A stretch of 64,000 bases of DNA from assembly GCA_965277505.1 (NCBI GenBank), contig CBDIDA010000002.1, positions 91,629-155,628 of the forward strand, read 5' to 3'. Positions 1 to 9,151 of the stretch are shown here, piece after piece. Under the pieces are notes generated by a model. The model saw only the letters and a program-made list of their open reading frames with translations, did no database searches and was not told where the DNA came from. Within the stretch, counting starts at the first letter, position 1. Each line of letters begins with the position of its first letter. The stretch comes from Rhodopila sp. (GTDB lineage: Bacteria > Pseudomonadota > Alphaproteobacteria > Acetobacterales > Acetobacteraceae). Both the position numbers and the translations under genes were made by a program.

Positions 1-455
1 GATGGCCAGCAACAGCGTGGGCGATCCGGTATCAGGTGCGACGACTTAGCGCCTGTATCAACCGGCTCATTTTGTTACTTATCTTATATGATAACGATTT
101 CAGTTAGACAGGTGTCTTCTCACGCAATCGAATTTCAATTCGGCCACAACTGGATGTTTTGCTGTCCAGCAGGCGACAGCGATGATTGGGCCTCGTATAG
201 ACGTAGATGGTAATGGTAACAAATTTGTGAATATTGATCTTTGTGGATTACGCTCGCCTTCGCGCACGAATCCGTGTTGTGTTCCGTGTCGGACCCGGCA
301 TCGTGGCCGGAGGGAAACGATGTCTAGTTGGTAGCGGACACATTCATTTCTTGTTGGCAGAGGGCTGCGGTTGTAGGTGAAATGAGACCAGCAAGCCTTG
401 TGTTGATCTCTGCTCTGCTGTACCGCGGGGCGCGATCGGGCTGGAGCTTACGATC

Positions 456-2864
456 ATGAAGCTTTCTACCCGCCTGTTCCTGCTTGTATTAGGATGTCTG
501 CTGCCAATCCTGACGGCACAGGTGTATTCCCAGATCAATCTGTATGCTGAGCGCCATGAGCAACTGACTGGGCTGGTTCTGCGGCAGACGGAACTGGCCA
601 ACGCCGACTTGACAAATATCGTTGACGGCGTGCGTCAGTTGGGCGCGATGGCGCTGCAGTTTCCATCGGTTCGGGACCAGACAGACCGATGCGTCAGTCG
701 CCTGACCGGGTTGCGGCAGAACTTGGAGCAGTACCGGTTCCTGGCGATCTACTCGTCGCCAGATGGGGCATTGCTGTGCGCGTCGGACGACCTGCCGGCG
801 GCAATGCCGGCTGCCGAGCCTGGACGTCCTACCCAATCCTGGATGGGTGGCCTGCTTGCCACCACCGACCTTGCAGTAGGCCAGATGATCGGCGACGCCG
901 CAACACCCGATCCGGTGTTGCCGATCGCGGTCCGCCTGAAGGCCGATAGCGGTGACAGGATAATGGTTGCCGGTCTCAACACGACGTGGCTGGCTCGGCA
1001 CCTGGATGTCGGCAAGCTGGACCGCGCGCCGGTAACGGCTCGGGCGGCGCTGATTGTCGCCGACAGCGCCGGCAACATTGTTGGCCGGGTAGCGGAAGGC
1101 GACGAGTGGGCTGGAAAGGTTTTGCCAAACTGGCTGCGCCCGTTGCAGGCGCAGGGCAATCTGGCCGTCGCCACGGTCAACGATCCCTTAGGGCACACGG
1201 TGATTGCAGGGCATGTCAGAAATGCCATCCTGCCCGGCGGCCTGACAGTGATTGAGGCGCTGGTGATGCCCGACCTGACGATGGACATCGACCAGGCCAC
1301 CTTTCAGGATCTGCTGGTGATCGGCGGAGCGGCGCTGGCCGCGCTGATCCTGGCCTGGGTGGCCGGGCGGCGGTTTATCTATCAGCCCGCCGAAGCGTTG
1401 CTGCAGGCGGCGCGCAAGTGGCGTGAGGGCGACCTGGGTGCGCGGGTGACGTTGCTGGATGGGGGATCGGAGTTCTCCGCGCTGGCGCAGTCGTTCAATG
1501 CGATGGCGGCCGGCTTGCAAGCGCGCGAGATGGAACGGCGGATGCAATCAAGCTTCCTGGAGTCGCAGGTGGCCGAACGCACGCGCGAGCTATCCGAGAC
1601 CAACAACCGTCTACAGGTGGAAATCGCCGGGCGCGAGAAGACCGAGGTGGCTCTGCACCAGGCGCAGAAGCTGCAGGCGGTGGGTCAGCTCGCCGGCGGT
1701 ATCGCACATGATTTCAACAACATGCTGGCGACTGTCCTGGGAAACCTTGAGCTGATGGAGCGGCGGGTGTCGCAGGCCGGCGAGGACTGGACCGGCGGCG
1801 ACAGCGAACGGCTGCTGCGGCTTATCGAACGAGCAACGGGGGCTGTTACGCGCGGTGGCCAGCTTACCTCGCGGCTGTTGGCATTCTCCCGCAGGCAGCG
1901 GCTGGCGGCGCGGGCGACAGACATCAACGCGCTGCTGCGGGAGCTGATCACCCTGGCAACCAGTACCCTTGGGCGGCGGGTTCAGGTGGTGCCGGAGCTG
2001 GCTGACGACCTGTGGCCAGCGATGGTCGACCCAAGCCAGGTCGAGGCGGCTATCCTGAACCTGTGCCTGAACGCCCGCGACGCGATGCCTGAGGGCGGCC
2101 GGCTGACCGTGCGCACCTCCAACGTCAATGTCATGTCGAACACGGTCATCTATGGTTCCGACCACCACCTGGCAGTCGGCGCCTATGTGCAGGTGTGCAT
2201 ATCGGATACCGGCACAGGGATGGCCCCGGAAATCAAGGCCCGGGCATTCGACCCGTTCTTCACCACCAAGGGACCGGGCGCGGGATCGGGCCTGGGCCTG
2301 AGCCAGGTATACGGGATGGCGCGCCAATCCGGTGGTGGGGTGTGGATCGACAGCGCACCCGGCGAGGGAACCAGGGTCACCCTGTCCCTGCCCCGTGCAT
2401 TGGCAACGGTCGACGCTGGCGGTGCTCCAGCGGTAACTCTGGTTGAATTGCCACCTCCAGGCGCGGCGGGCGAGCTGATCCTGATCGTCGATGACGACAA
2501 TGCGGTCCGGCAGGTGACGGTCGAGATGGCACGCGACCTTGGTTGTGAGGTGGCACAGGCCTCGGGTGGCGAGCAGGCGCTGGCGCTGATCGAGAAGCTG
2601 ACGCCGAAGCTGATCCTGCTGGACTACGCTATGCCGGGGATGAATGGTCTGCAGTTGGCCCGGGCGCTGCGCGAGCGGAATGTAACTGCGCCCATCGCGC
2701 TGGTTACCGGGTACGCCGAGCTGTCAGAGGCGGACGTAGCGGCGGGTGAGCTTGCCGGGCTGTTGCGCAAACCGTTCACTATCCGCGAACTGCAGGCGCT
2801 GCTGACGCAACTGCGGGCGGCGGCCGAGGCGGATGGCTGCCTGGAGCCGTCCGCGACTCCCTGA
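456..2864 (+). CDS. hybrid sensor histidine kinase/response regulator (TM - periplasmic sensor - TM - HAMP - HisKA - HATPase - REC)
   Basis: 802-aa ORF with an N-terminal TM (LFLLVLGCLLPILTA) and a second TM near aa 295-315 followed by a HAMP-like segment. H-box IAHDFNNML. ATPase boxes DTGTGM and GSGLGLS. C-terminal receiver ILIVDDD...LLDYAMPGMNG...RKPF. Confidence 0.9.
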   Translation: MKLSTRLFLLVLGCLLPILTAQVYSQINLYAERHEQLTGLVLRQTELANADLTNIVDGVRQLGAMALQFPSVRDQTDRCVSRLTGLRQNLEQYRFLAIYSSPDGALLCASDDLPAAMPAAEPGRPTQSWMGGLLATTDLAVGQMIGDAATPDPVLPIAVRLKADSGDRIMVAGLNTTWLARHLDVGKLDRAPVTARAALIVADSAGNIVGRVAEGDEWAGKVLPNWLRPLQAQGNLAVATVNDPLGHTVIAGHVRNAILPGGLTVIEALVMPDLTMDIDQATFQDLLVIGGAALAALILAWVAGRRFIYQPAEALLQAARKWREGDLGARVTLLDGGSEFSALAQSFNAMAAGLQAREMERRMQSSFLESQVAERTRELSETNNRLQVEIAGREKTEVALHQAQKLQAVGQLAGGIAHDFNNMLATVLGNLELMERRVSQAGEDWTGGDSERLLRLIERATGAVTRGGQLTSRLLAFSRRQRLAARATDINALLRELITLATSTLGRRVQVVPELADDLWPAMVDPSQVEAAILNLCLNARDAMPEGGRLTVRTSNVNVMSNTVIYGSDHHLAVGAYVQVCISDTGTGMAPEIKARAFDPFFTTKGPGAGSGLGLSQVYGMARQSGGGVWIDSAPGEGTRVTLSLPRALATVDAGGAPAVTLVELPPPGAAGELILIVDDDNAVRQVTVEMARDLGCEVAQASGGEQALALIEKLTPKLILLDYAMPGMNGLQLARALRERNVTAPIALVTGYAELSEADVAAGELAGLLRKPFTIRELQALLTQLRAAAEADGCLEPSATP

Positions 2865-2895
2865 CCGGATCGCGGCGCCAAGCGGATGCGACCGT

Positions 2896-3762
2896 TTACC
2901 AGACAAAGCAGGGCAAGGTGGCGATGGGGGCAACGCCAGCTTCCCGCGCGGCAGCCTCAGCCTGGGCGGTGTCGAAGCTGCCGTCGGCACGCCGTAGATC
3001 GACCCGATGAATGCCATCAAGAACCCAGCAGGCGGCCAGATCGACGCCGACAGCTCCAGCGATATCGGTGCGCAACGAGTCGCCAACCGCCAGGACCTGC
3101 TGCGGCGGCAGGTCCAGTTGCTGAAGCACCGGCTGGTAGATTGCTGGATCCGGCTTTCCAAGCGAACGGACGTCGCCGCCCAGTTCGGTATAGCGGACAG
3201 CCAGCGCCCCGGCGCAGAGCACGCGGACGCCGCCGCGGATGACCTCCAGGTCCGGATTGGCGCAGATCATCTTCAGCCGGAGCTGCGCGCATTCAGCCAA
3301 TATCGGCTCGAACTCGGCAAGATCAGTGGGATTTCGATGATCGTCAGGGCCGGTGTTGAGGACGAAATCGGCCTGACTCGGTGAGTCCACGATCGTTAGC
3401 GGCAGGCCCTGCAGGGTAGCCCGGTCACGATCGGGGCCAAGATGGAAGACGCGGACCCCGAGTTCGGCCCACCACAGATCGGGTGGGTCTTGCAGGGCCC
3501 GGCGCACAGCCTCGCCACTAGTCAGGATACCGGTGTAAAGGTCGTCGGCGATACCCATCCGGCGCATCATTCTCTGTACTTCCTCGTTCGGGCGCGGCAC
3601 GTTCGAGAGCAGCAGGGTGCGCTTGCCGTGCTGCCGGAGCTGCTGCAGCGTCTGCACCGCATGCGGAAAGGCATTGACGCCGTCGTGGATAACGCCCCAA
3701 AGATCAAGGATAAAACCATCGTAGCGGCCGGCTAGCGGGGCGAAACCGGATAGGTGCTGCAT
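2896..3762 (-). CDS. HAD-superfamily class IIA hydrolase (TIGR01459-like)
   Basis: 288-aa ORF. Motif I DLWGVIHDG, LLLSNVPR, and C-terminal GDSLRTDI (motif IV). Its ATG overlaps the pyrD stop by 1 nt (TGATG). Confidence 0.75.
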   Translation of the reverse strand: MQHLSGFAPLAGRYDGFILDLWGVIHDGVNAFPHAVQTLQQLRQHGKRTLLLSNVPRPNEEVQRMMRRMGIADDLYTGILTSGEAVRRALQDPPDLWWAELGVRVFHLGPDRDRATLQGLPLTIVDSPSQADFVLNTGPDDHRNPTDLAEFEPILAECAQLRLKMICANPDLEVIRGGVRVLCAGALAVRYTELGGDVRSLGKPDPAIYQPVLQQLDLPPQQVLAVGDSLRTDIAGAVGVDLAACWVLDGIHRVDLRRADGSFDTAQAEAAAREAGVAPIATLPCFVW

Positions 3763-4838
3763 CAGGCTTGCTGCTCCGCCAACTGCCGGGCCCTGCTGCC
3801 CACGGCATCCTGCAAGGTGGTGTAACGCGCTTCGCGCATGGCGGCCAGGAGTTGAGTTTTTAGCCGGGGAACCAAGGCCGGGCCATGGAAGGCAAAGCTG
3901 GAGTAGAGCTGCACCAGGGAAGCGCCGGCCTCGATCTTCTCCAGCGCATCGGCGCCAGTGAACACGCCGCCGGCGCCGATCAGGACCAGCCGGCCACGCG
4001 CCAGCAGACTGGTTCGTGCAAGCATTGTGGTGGACAGCCGTCGCAGCGGTCGACCGGACAATCCGCCTACCTGATGGGCGTGTGGCGAGCGCAGGCCGGC
4101 AGGACGACTGACCGTGGTGTTGCCGACGATCAGGCCTTGAACACCCTGCTCCACGCAGGTCTCCACCACCGCTTCAAGCCCGTCCTGCGACAGATCGGGG
4201 GCCAGCTTGACCAGGATAGGCGGCCGGCTGGGAACAGCGGTCACGGCAAGCAGGATGGCGCGAAGCTGGGCCTCGGACTGCAGGTCGCGCAGACCCTGGG
4301 TGTTGGGAGAGGAGACATTAATGACCGCGTAGTCGACCAGCGAGGCGACGGCCTTGACCAGGGCGGGATAGTCGCGGACGGGGTCGGCACCCTGCTTGTT
4401 GATGCCGAGATTGGCGCCGAGCGGGATCGTCCGGTCTGACAAATGCGCCAAGTTGGCGAGGTAGACCGCAAGGCCAAGATTGTTGAAGCCCAGCCGGTTG
4501 ATCACGCCGCTGTCCGGCGTCAAGCGGAAGATGCGCGGGCGTGGGTTGCCGGACTGCGGGAATGGGGTGACGGAGCCGGTCTCAACGAAGCCAAAGCCCA
4601 GGCGCAGCAAAGGCGGCCCGCTAGCGGCGTTCTTGTCGAAGCCTGCGGCAAGGCCAATTGGGTTGGTAAACCGCCGGCCGAACGCGGTGACAGCCAAGGC
4701 GGGGTCATCGGGTGCGCAAACCGCCGGTGCCATCCCCCATGACAAAGCGCGCAAGGCAAGTCCATGTGCCCGCTCCGGATCAAGCAGGCGCAGCAGCGGC
4801 AGGGCGGCAGAGGCAATCGACAAGCGCATCGCCATCAA
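3762..4838 (-). CDS. pyrD: dihydroorotate dehydrogenase (quinone)
   Basis: 358-aa ORF with class-2 DHODH motifs NPIGLAAGFDKNA, GFGFVETGSVTP, GANLGINK, INVSSPNT and GVFTGADALEKI. Confidence 0.9.
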   Translation of the reverse strand: MMAMRLSIASAALPLLRLLDPERAHGLALRALSWGMAPAVCAPDDPALAVTAFGRRFTNPIGLAAGFDKNAASGPPLLRLGFGFVETGSVTPFPQSGNPRPRIFRLTPDSGVINRLGFNNLGLAVYLANLAHLSDRTIPLGANLGINKQGADPVRDYPALVKAVASLVDYAVINVSSPNTQGLRDLQSEAQLRAILLAVTAVPSRPPILVKLAPDLSQDGLEAVVETCVEQGVQGLIVGNTTVSRPAGLRSPHAHQVGGLSGRPLRRLSTTMLARTSLLARGRLVLIGAGGVFTGADALEKIEAGASLVQLYSSFAFHGPALVPRLKTQLLAAMREARYTTLQDAVGSRARQLAEQQA

Positions 4839-5006
4839 ATAGTTCGGCGGCTAACGGCCATGCAAGCAGTGAACGGCTGACGGTGGCATGCCGAGGATGC
4901 CGGAATCCATTCGTCTACCGCGACGATGGCGGCGGCGACCTGGGCGGCTATCGACCTGATAGTGTCTGCCAGCGTCTGAATACCCGCCGCGTCCGGCACC
5001 AGTGGG

Positions 5007-5392
5007 TCAGGTAATGAACAGGCCGCCGAGCAGCCTGCCCTTGATGTCCATCACCGGACAAACCAGCCGCTCCGACACACCGAACTCCATCACCCGGTTG
5101 CCGTCTGCGGGCCCCTTGCCGTCTGGTCCGGAATACGAGCATTCGTTAACCAGCAGCGTGCTAAGGTAGGAGTTCCAATCCGAAAGCGGTCGATTGGTCA
5201 GTAGGTTGCCGACGGAATAACCCTGGTTGGCGATTCCATTGGTGATGTCGAAGCGCAGCAGGCCGACGCCGGTCAGCCCGACATTGCCGTTGTGGATGAT
5301 GGCAAGGCGATGCGTGCGGCCGTGGGCGCCTTGGCCAGAGCGACCTTCATCAGGCCGTTCAGCACCTTGTCGCGCCGGGCGACGATGCGAAG
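5007..5392 (-). pseudogene. GAF-like small protein, paralog of 5621..6163, apparently frameshifted
   Basis: The C-terminal ~100 aa (frame of ORF 5007..5453) align with the paralog: RPLSDWNSYL vs QPISDWAAFL, and VCPVMDIKGRLLGGLFIT vs VHPVCDSQGRLVGAVFLTW. The matching N-terminal segment (DKVLNGLMKVALAKAPTAAR vs HRLINALLASLLRAAPPASR) lies in a different frame. The switch point is near 5305-5315. No in-frame start is available in the C-terminal frame other than the implausible one at 5453. Confidence 0.45.
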
Positions 5393-5617
5393 CTACTGTT
5401 GCATGGCCTCGGCGGCGCGGGGCTTGGTCAGCAGCGCTTGGATCGCCGGCCACAGGCCGCCCTCGCGGCCTGACATCACCGCCAGGATCAGGCTGGCCGA
5501 CAACAGGACTGTCATCAGCGGGCCGCGGAGCAGCACCACCAGGGGGGATGTCGATGTCGCCAAGTTACGCAGAAGGCGCAGGAGCAGAATCAGGTCCCAC
5601 AGGTTGATACCGAACAC
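5393..5617 (-). CDS. small hydrophobic protein (about 2 TM), unknown function
   Basis: 74-aa ORF starting 3 nt after the stop of 5621..6163. GC-rich third codon positions. Two hydrophobic stretches (LWDLILLLRLL, LMTVLLSASLILAVM). Ends in TAG directly before the N-terminal remnant of the GAF-like pseudogene. Confidence 0.35.
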   Translation of the reverse strand: MFGINLWDLILLLRLLRNLATSTSPLVVLLRGPLMTVLLSASLILAVMSGREGGLWPAIQALLTKPRAAEAMQQ

Positions 5618-5620
5618 CGT

Positions 5621-6163
5621 TTACGCCGCCAGGGCGAGAGTGGAGGCAGGATGGGCAAACACCTGCAGGCAGAATGTGAGTACTGCAGCCAGTTGGCGAA
5701 CGGCTTCGGCAGCTTCGTCTGTCAGTGCCGGGTGTTGCGCCTGTTGGGTAGGCTGCCTCCAAGCGCGCCAGGTCAGGAACACCGCGCCCACGAGCCGGCC
5801 CTGGCTATCGCATACCGGATGAACGGCTGTTTCACGGGCCAAGGGGGACTGAAGGCGTTGGTGCAGCAAGGATGGAGGAACATCATTCAGGCTGACCCAC
5901 CTGCCCTGCCCGGTTTGCAGCGCCGGCAGGAAGGCGGCCCAATCGCTGATCGGCTGGTTGCAAGGCAGCAGACTGCCTGGGCGCGCCGGATGCCTGGCGA
6001 GGCTGCTGATCAGGCTGTAGTGGGCGCAGGCGGCTTCGTCCCGCAGCTGTTCTATGACGGCGAGATAAGCCCTTGATGCCGGAGGTGCGGCACGAAGCAG
6101 AGAGGCAAGGAGCGCGTTGATCAACCGGTGTACCGCCGATGTCGATCCTGTTGGAATATACAA
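5621..6163 (-). CDS. GAF-like domain protein, unknown function
   Basis: 180-aa ORF. A GAF-type C-terminal strand motif (HPVCDSQGRLVGAVFLTW) and paralogy with 5007..5392. Confidence 0.5.
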   Translation of the reverse strand: MYIPTGSTSAVHRLINALLASLLRAAPPASRAYLAVIEQLRDEAACAHYSLISSLARHPARPGSLLPCNQPISDWAAFLPALQTGQGRWVSLNDVPPSLLHQRLQSPLARETAVHPVCDSQGRLVGAVFLTWRAWRQPTQQAQHPALTDEAAEAVRQLAAVLTFCLQVFAHPASTLALAA

Positions 6164-6661
6164 GTAATCAGATCCTAAAGGAGGCGCCGCTGCATCCGCG
6201 ACCGGATGGCTGATCAGCGGGTTCAGGTGGCGGCAAAGATGTCGATTTCTACGCGGTATCGGATCGTTCGCAATTTAGTTTGATAATGCGACAAGTGAAT
6301 GCTGATCATCAGTATATCAACGTGACACAAGCCTGGCATCGACCGGTGCCGCGCAGCAGCGCCAGCTATGCTTCCGCCACGTTGATCCGCGAGCAAAGGG
6401 TTCCATCGTCAGCCTCGCAACCCGATCAGTCCTCGTATCGTGGCGACTTCACGCCTCAGGACGATCAGAGCTCCATGCTATTTGATGTGGCCGGGATCGG
6501 TTCACTTGAAGCAGCACTGTCCAGATCGTTATGGCATGGCTGGAGATGAATAGAACCGGGTCCACATGGTCATCCCAATAGTTTGCGAATTACTACAGTT
6601 GTATAGACGATAATGGGTATGTTGACAGGACCGAGCTTGATCAGCACGCCGAATTTGAGAC

Positions 6662-6725
6662 CGCTATGCGCTATGCGCTATGCGCTATGCGCTATGCGCT
6701 ATGCGACATGCCGACATGCGACATG
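6662..6725. repeat. heptanucleotide tandem repeat: (CGCTATG)x6 followed by three CGACATG variants
   Basis: Read directly. Six perfect CGCTATG units span 6662-6703. CGACATG follows at 6704-6710, 6712-6718 and 6719-6725. It lies 9 nt beyond the stop of the minus-strand gene 6734..7486. Confidence 0.95.
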
Positions 6726-6733
6726 CCAATCGG

Positions 6734-7486
6734 TTAACGATAATCGGATGAAGGCATCTCGAGCGACCGCGCGGCGGGGCTTCCGCACAATGCGAGGCGC
6801 GACTGCGGATGGCAGGAGCTGTCGCCGGCTGCCGGCGCTCCGCCGCAAATCGCGCGCCTGTGCTTTAACCGAAGACATGCCGCGAGCGCCGGCACGGCTG
6901 CCACGGTAATGGCCGCGCGAGCGGCGATGCCGATGATGGCGTAGCTGATCACCTGGCGGGCGGGAAGCCGGGTTGCGAACGCTGCGGGGAAGAAGACCGC
7001 GCCGTCCAGCGTGTTGAGCACGATCATGAGCAGCGGTATGCGCACAAGTGCCGGTCGCGGCGATGGATGGTCCATCCAGCGGACGAACAGCGACTGCACC
7101 AGGTAGAATGCGACGATGCGGGCGCCCCCTAGCTGGATGTGCGCGTCAATCCACGGGCCGACGACGCCGCCGTCCTGCAGCAGGAACATTGACACCAGCA
7201 CGATCAGCATGGCCAGCAGCGCTTCGCTGATCATCCGGTATGCCCACCAGGTGCCATGGAACAAGTGGTTCAGGGCAAAGCCGTACATGACGATGGCAAA
7301 GAACAGGTTGCCGACGTTGGTGGTGTAGCCGAACATGGCGAACGGGAAGGTGCCGAACAGCGGCACGCAGATCAGGACCGCGGCGTTGTTAACTGCCAGC
7401 AGGACTGCGTGGCGGGTAGCCGCCAGCGTCGTCAACCCGATCAGGAAGAGCACCAGCAGGATGATGTTGATGTCCTGGTACGTCAT
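6734..7486 (-). CDS. VUT (YhhQ/queuosine-precursor transporter)-like integral membrane protein, divergent paralog 1
   Basis: 250-aa multi-TM ORF. Motifs resemble the VUT family: FFAIVMYGFALNHLFHGTWWAYR, ARIVAFYLVQSLFVRWMD, NTLDGAVFFPAAF. Its ATG overlaps the stop of the upstream small ORF (ATGA at 7483-7486). Confidence 0.5.
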   Translation of the reverse strand: MTYQDINIILLVLFLIGLTTLAATRHAVLLAVNNAAVLICVPLFGTFPFAMFGYTTNVGNLFFAIVMYGFALNHLFHGTWWAYRMISEALLAMLIVLVSMFLLQDGGVVGPWIDAHIQLGGARIVAFYLVQSLFVRWMDHPSPRPALVRIPLLMIVLNTLDGAVFFPAAFATRLPARQVISYAIIGIAARAAITVAAVPALAACLRLKHRRAICGGAPAAGDSSCHPQSRLALCGSPAARSLEMPSSDYR

Positions 7487-7689
7487 GTCATAGTCCGATG
7501 CCGCAGCCGCTTGAGCAGAAAATCAAAGCCGAAGCCCCCCATCCCACCCAGGGCACCGGACAGGATGATACCACACTGCGGGGCGTTGGCCGCCTGCGCC
7601 ATGACGGACCCGCCGAAGCCGGCACAGGTGCCCATCAGCATGACCAGGACAAGCTGTATGACGACCGATCTTGCACGTTGGTGTTTCAT
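7483..7689 (-). CDS. small membrane protein A1, holin-like (2 TM, glycine-zipper C-terminal TM plus basic tail)
   Basis: 68 aa taken from the internal ATG at 7689, which overlaps the stop of VUT paralog 2 (ATGA). Its C-terminus ILSGALGGMGGFGFDFLLKRLRHR matches the C-terminus of ORF 9479..9775. Confidence 0.5.
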   Translation of the reverse strand: MKHQRARSVVIQLVLVMLMGTCAGFGGSVMAQAANAPQCGIILSGALGGMGGFGFDFLLKRLRHRTMT

Positions 7690-8363
7690 GGACCGGCCTG
7701 TACCGCCGCCTGATCGGTGAGCACCCTGGGGCGCCTGCGGTGCAGGTGCAGGCAAACAGCCAGCATTGGCATGGCAAGCATTGTAATGATGACTTTGGTG
7801 ATAATGCTCGTGATAGCGAAGCCGGCGACAATTCGAGCTGGGACGCGCGGGAAAAATACGATCGGATAGAATATTATGGTGTCGAAGATCATGACCACGA
7901 CCAAGATTACCGGGACGCTGAGGACGGTCGGCAGCCCCCAGGGGCGGTCAAGCAGGTAGATCAGCAGCGCCTGCGTCAAGGAGAAGACCACCAACCGCGC
8001 ACCCATCACGTCGACACGCGCGCCGAATCCGGTGTTCAGCAGGTGCACGTCTTCGAGCAGGAACAGCGAGAGCAAGACGACGCCCGTGGCGACCAGGCAG
8101 TGCGTGACGGCCTGACGGGCGGCCCGAGTGCCGTAGATCACATGCTTCAACGCGACGCCGTAAAGCACAACGGGGTAATAGACGAAGCCCACATAGCCTT
8201 GATGGCCGTGTGCGGTATATGGCAGCGACTGAACGAGCAACGTGGTTATCATGATGGCGATACTGACGGCGACCAGCAAGCTACGCTGCCGCAGGGCGGT
8301 GATTGTCGTCACCGCCAGAAGCAAAGCCGCGATCAAGGCCAAGTTGAGATCGAGATGAGTCAC
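7686..8363 (-). CDS. VUT (YhhQ)-like integral membrane protein, paralog 2
   Basis: 225 aa with a GTG start. Motifs VYYPVVLYGVALKHVIYGTRAARQAV, ARLVVFSLTQALLIYLLDR, MIFDTIIFYPIVFF, ITKVIITMLAMPMLAV. About 70-75% identical to paralog 3 over the stretches I aligned by eye. Confidence 0.6.
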   Translation of the reverse strand: MTHLDLNLALIAALLLAVTTITALRQRSLLVAVSIAIMITTLLVQSLPYTAHGHQGYVGFVYYPVVLYGVALKHVIYGTRAARQAVTHCLVATGVVLLSLFLLEDVHLLNTGFGARVDVMGARLVVFSLTQALLIYLLDRPWGLPTVLSVPVILVVVMIFDTIIFYPIVFFPRVPARIVAGFAITSIITKVIITMLAMPMLAVCLHLHRRRPRVLTDQAAVQAGP

Positions 8364-8372
8364 GACCGTTCT

Positions 8373-9038
8373 CTAGACGGCACTGGAACCGGCACGTTTG
8401 GCGAGGTCTTTGCGGTGCAGGTGGAGGCAAACGGCCAGTATCGGCACCGCGAGCAGCGTGACGGTGATCTTGGTGACAACGCCGACGGCGGCGAAGCCGG
8501 CAACAGTTTTAAGCGGGTAACGTGGAAGAAATGTCATAGGATAGAATATAACGCTGTCGAAGAGCAGGCTCACGACCAGGACCATCGGAACACGGAGAAG
8601 CAGCGGCAGCCGCGAGGGGCGGTCGAGCAAGTAGATCAGCAGCGCCTGCGTCAGGCAGAACACCACCAAGCGGGCGCCCATGACATCGACGCGTGCCTCA
8701 AGGCCCGTGTTCAGCAGGTGGACATCCTCGAGCAAAAAGACCGAGAGAAAGACGATGCCGGTAGCGATAAGGCAATGAGCCACAGCCTCACGCGCTGCCC
8801 GCGTGCCGTAGATCACATGCTGCAAGGCCAGGCCGTAGAGTACGGCCGGATAGTAGACAAAGACGACATACCCTTGATAGCCATGCGCCTTGTACGGCAG
8901 ATATCCGACCAGCAGGGTGCTCAGCATGATCGCAGTGCTGACGCTGACCAGCAGGCTACGATCCCGCAGCGCGGCGAACGTCGTTACGGCAAACAGCGAG
9001 AAGGCGATCAGTGCCAGGTTTAAGTCGAGATGAGTCAT
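8373..9038 (-). CDS. VUT (YhhQ)-like integral membrane protein, paralog 3
   Basis: 221 aa with the same motif set as paralog 2 (VYYPAVLYGLALQHVIYGTRAAREAV; LLFDSVIFYPMTF; VTKITVTLLAVPILAV). Its stop lies 9 nt before the paralog 2 start. Confidence 0.6.
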   Translation of the reverse strand: MTHLDLNLALIAFSLFAVTTFAALRDRSLLVSVSTAIMLSTLLVGYLPYKAHGYQGYVVFVYYPAVLYGLALQHVIYGTRAAREAVAHCLIATGIVFLSVFLLEDVHLLNTGLEARVDVMGARLVVFCLTQALLIYLLDRPSRLPLLLRVPMVLVVSLLFDSVIFYPMTFLPRYPLKTVAGFAAVGVVTKITVTLLAVPILAVCLHLHRKDLAKRAGSSAV

Positions 9039-9151
9039 GACAGTTCACGCCCAATGAGTTTTCTGAGAATTATGTCGAGGCCGAACGGGGGCGGAGACGC
9101 CCAGCGTGCTGGACATTACGCTTCCTTATTCCTGGCACTCGGCTGCCCGCG

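Noticed and set aside
1-455. AT-rich 5' region with small palindromes (TTATC-ttatat-GATAA at about 80-95; CGAATT-tc-AATTCG at about 128-141), as a possible regulatory or RNA element upstream of the histidine kinase
   Set aside because: The arms are short (5-6 bp) and match no recognisable consensus. The window edge also prevents seeing the upstream context.
6662-6725. Whether the tandem repeats could be a CRISPR array
   Set aside because: The units are 7 nt and directly abutting, with no spacers, and there are no cas genes in the window. This is a microsatellite, not a CRISPR.
6734-6746. Recurring ACGATAAT / ATTATCGTT(A/G)AC motif, also at about 6607-6616, at 10953-10962 (adjacent to the predicted -35), and in related form near 91-99. 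Fur-box hexamer similarity was considered.
   Set aside because: No full 19-bp Fur-type palindrome can be assembled at any site. The four occurrences are short and could be chance in AT-richer spacers. The one at 6734 overlaps a stop codon.
6613-6909. 98-aa ORF containing CAMRYALCAMRYATCRHATC
   Set aside because: The periodic peptide is simply the heptanucleotide repeat read through. The rest overlaps the 3' end of the VUT1 gene on the other strand.
7671-9023. 450-aa plus-strand ORF spanning both VUT paralogs 2 and 3 on the opposite strand
   Set aside because: Its translation is a repetitive low-complexity D/Q/R/H-rich string that mirrors the two paralogs underneath. An open antisense frame is expected opposite GC-rich, hydrophobic-codon genes. 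It has no RBS or recognisable motifs.
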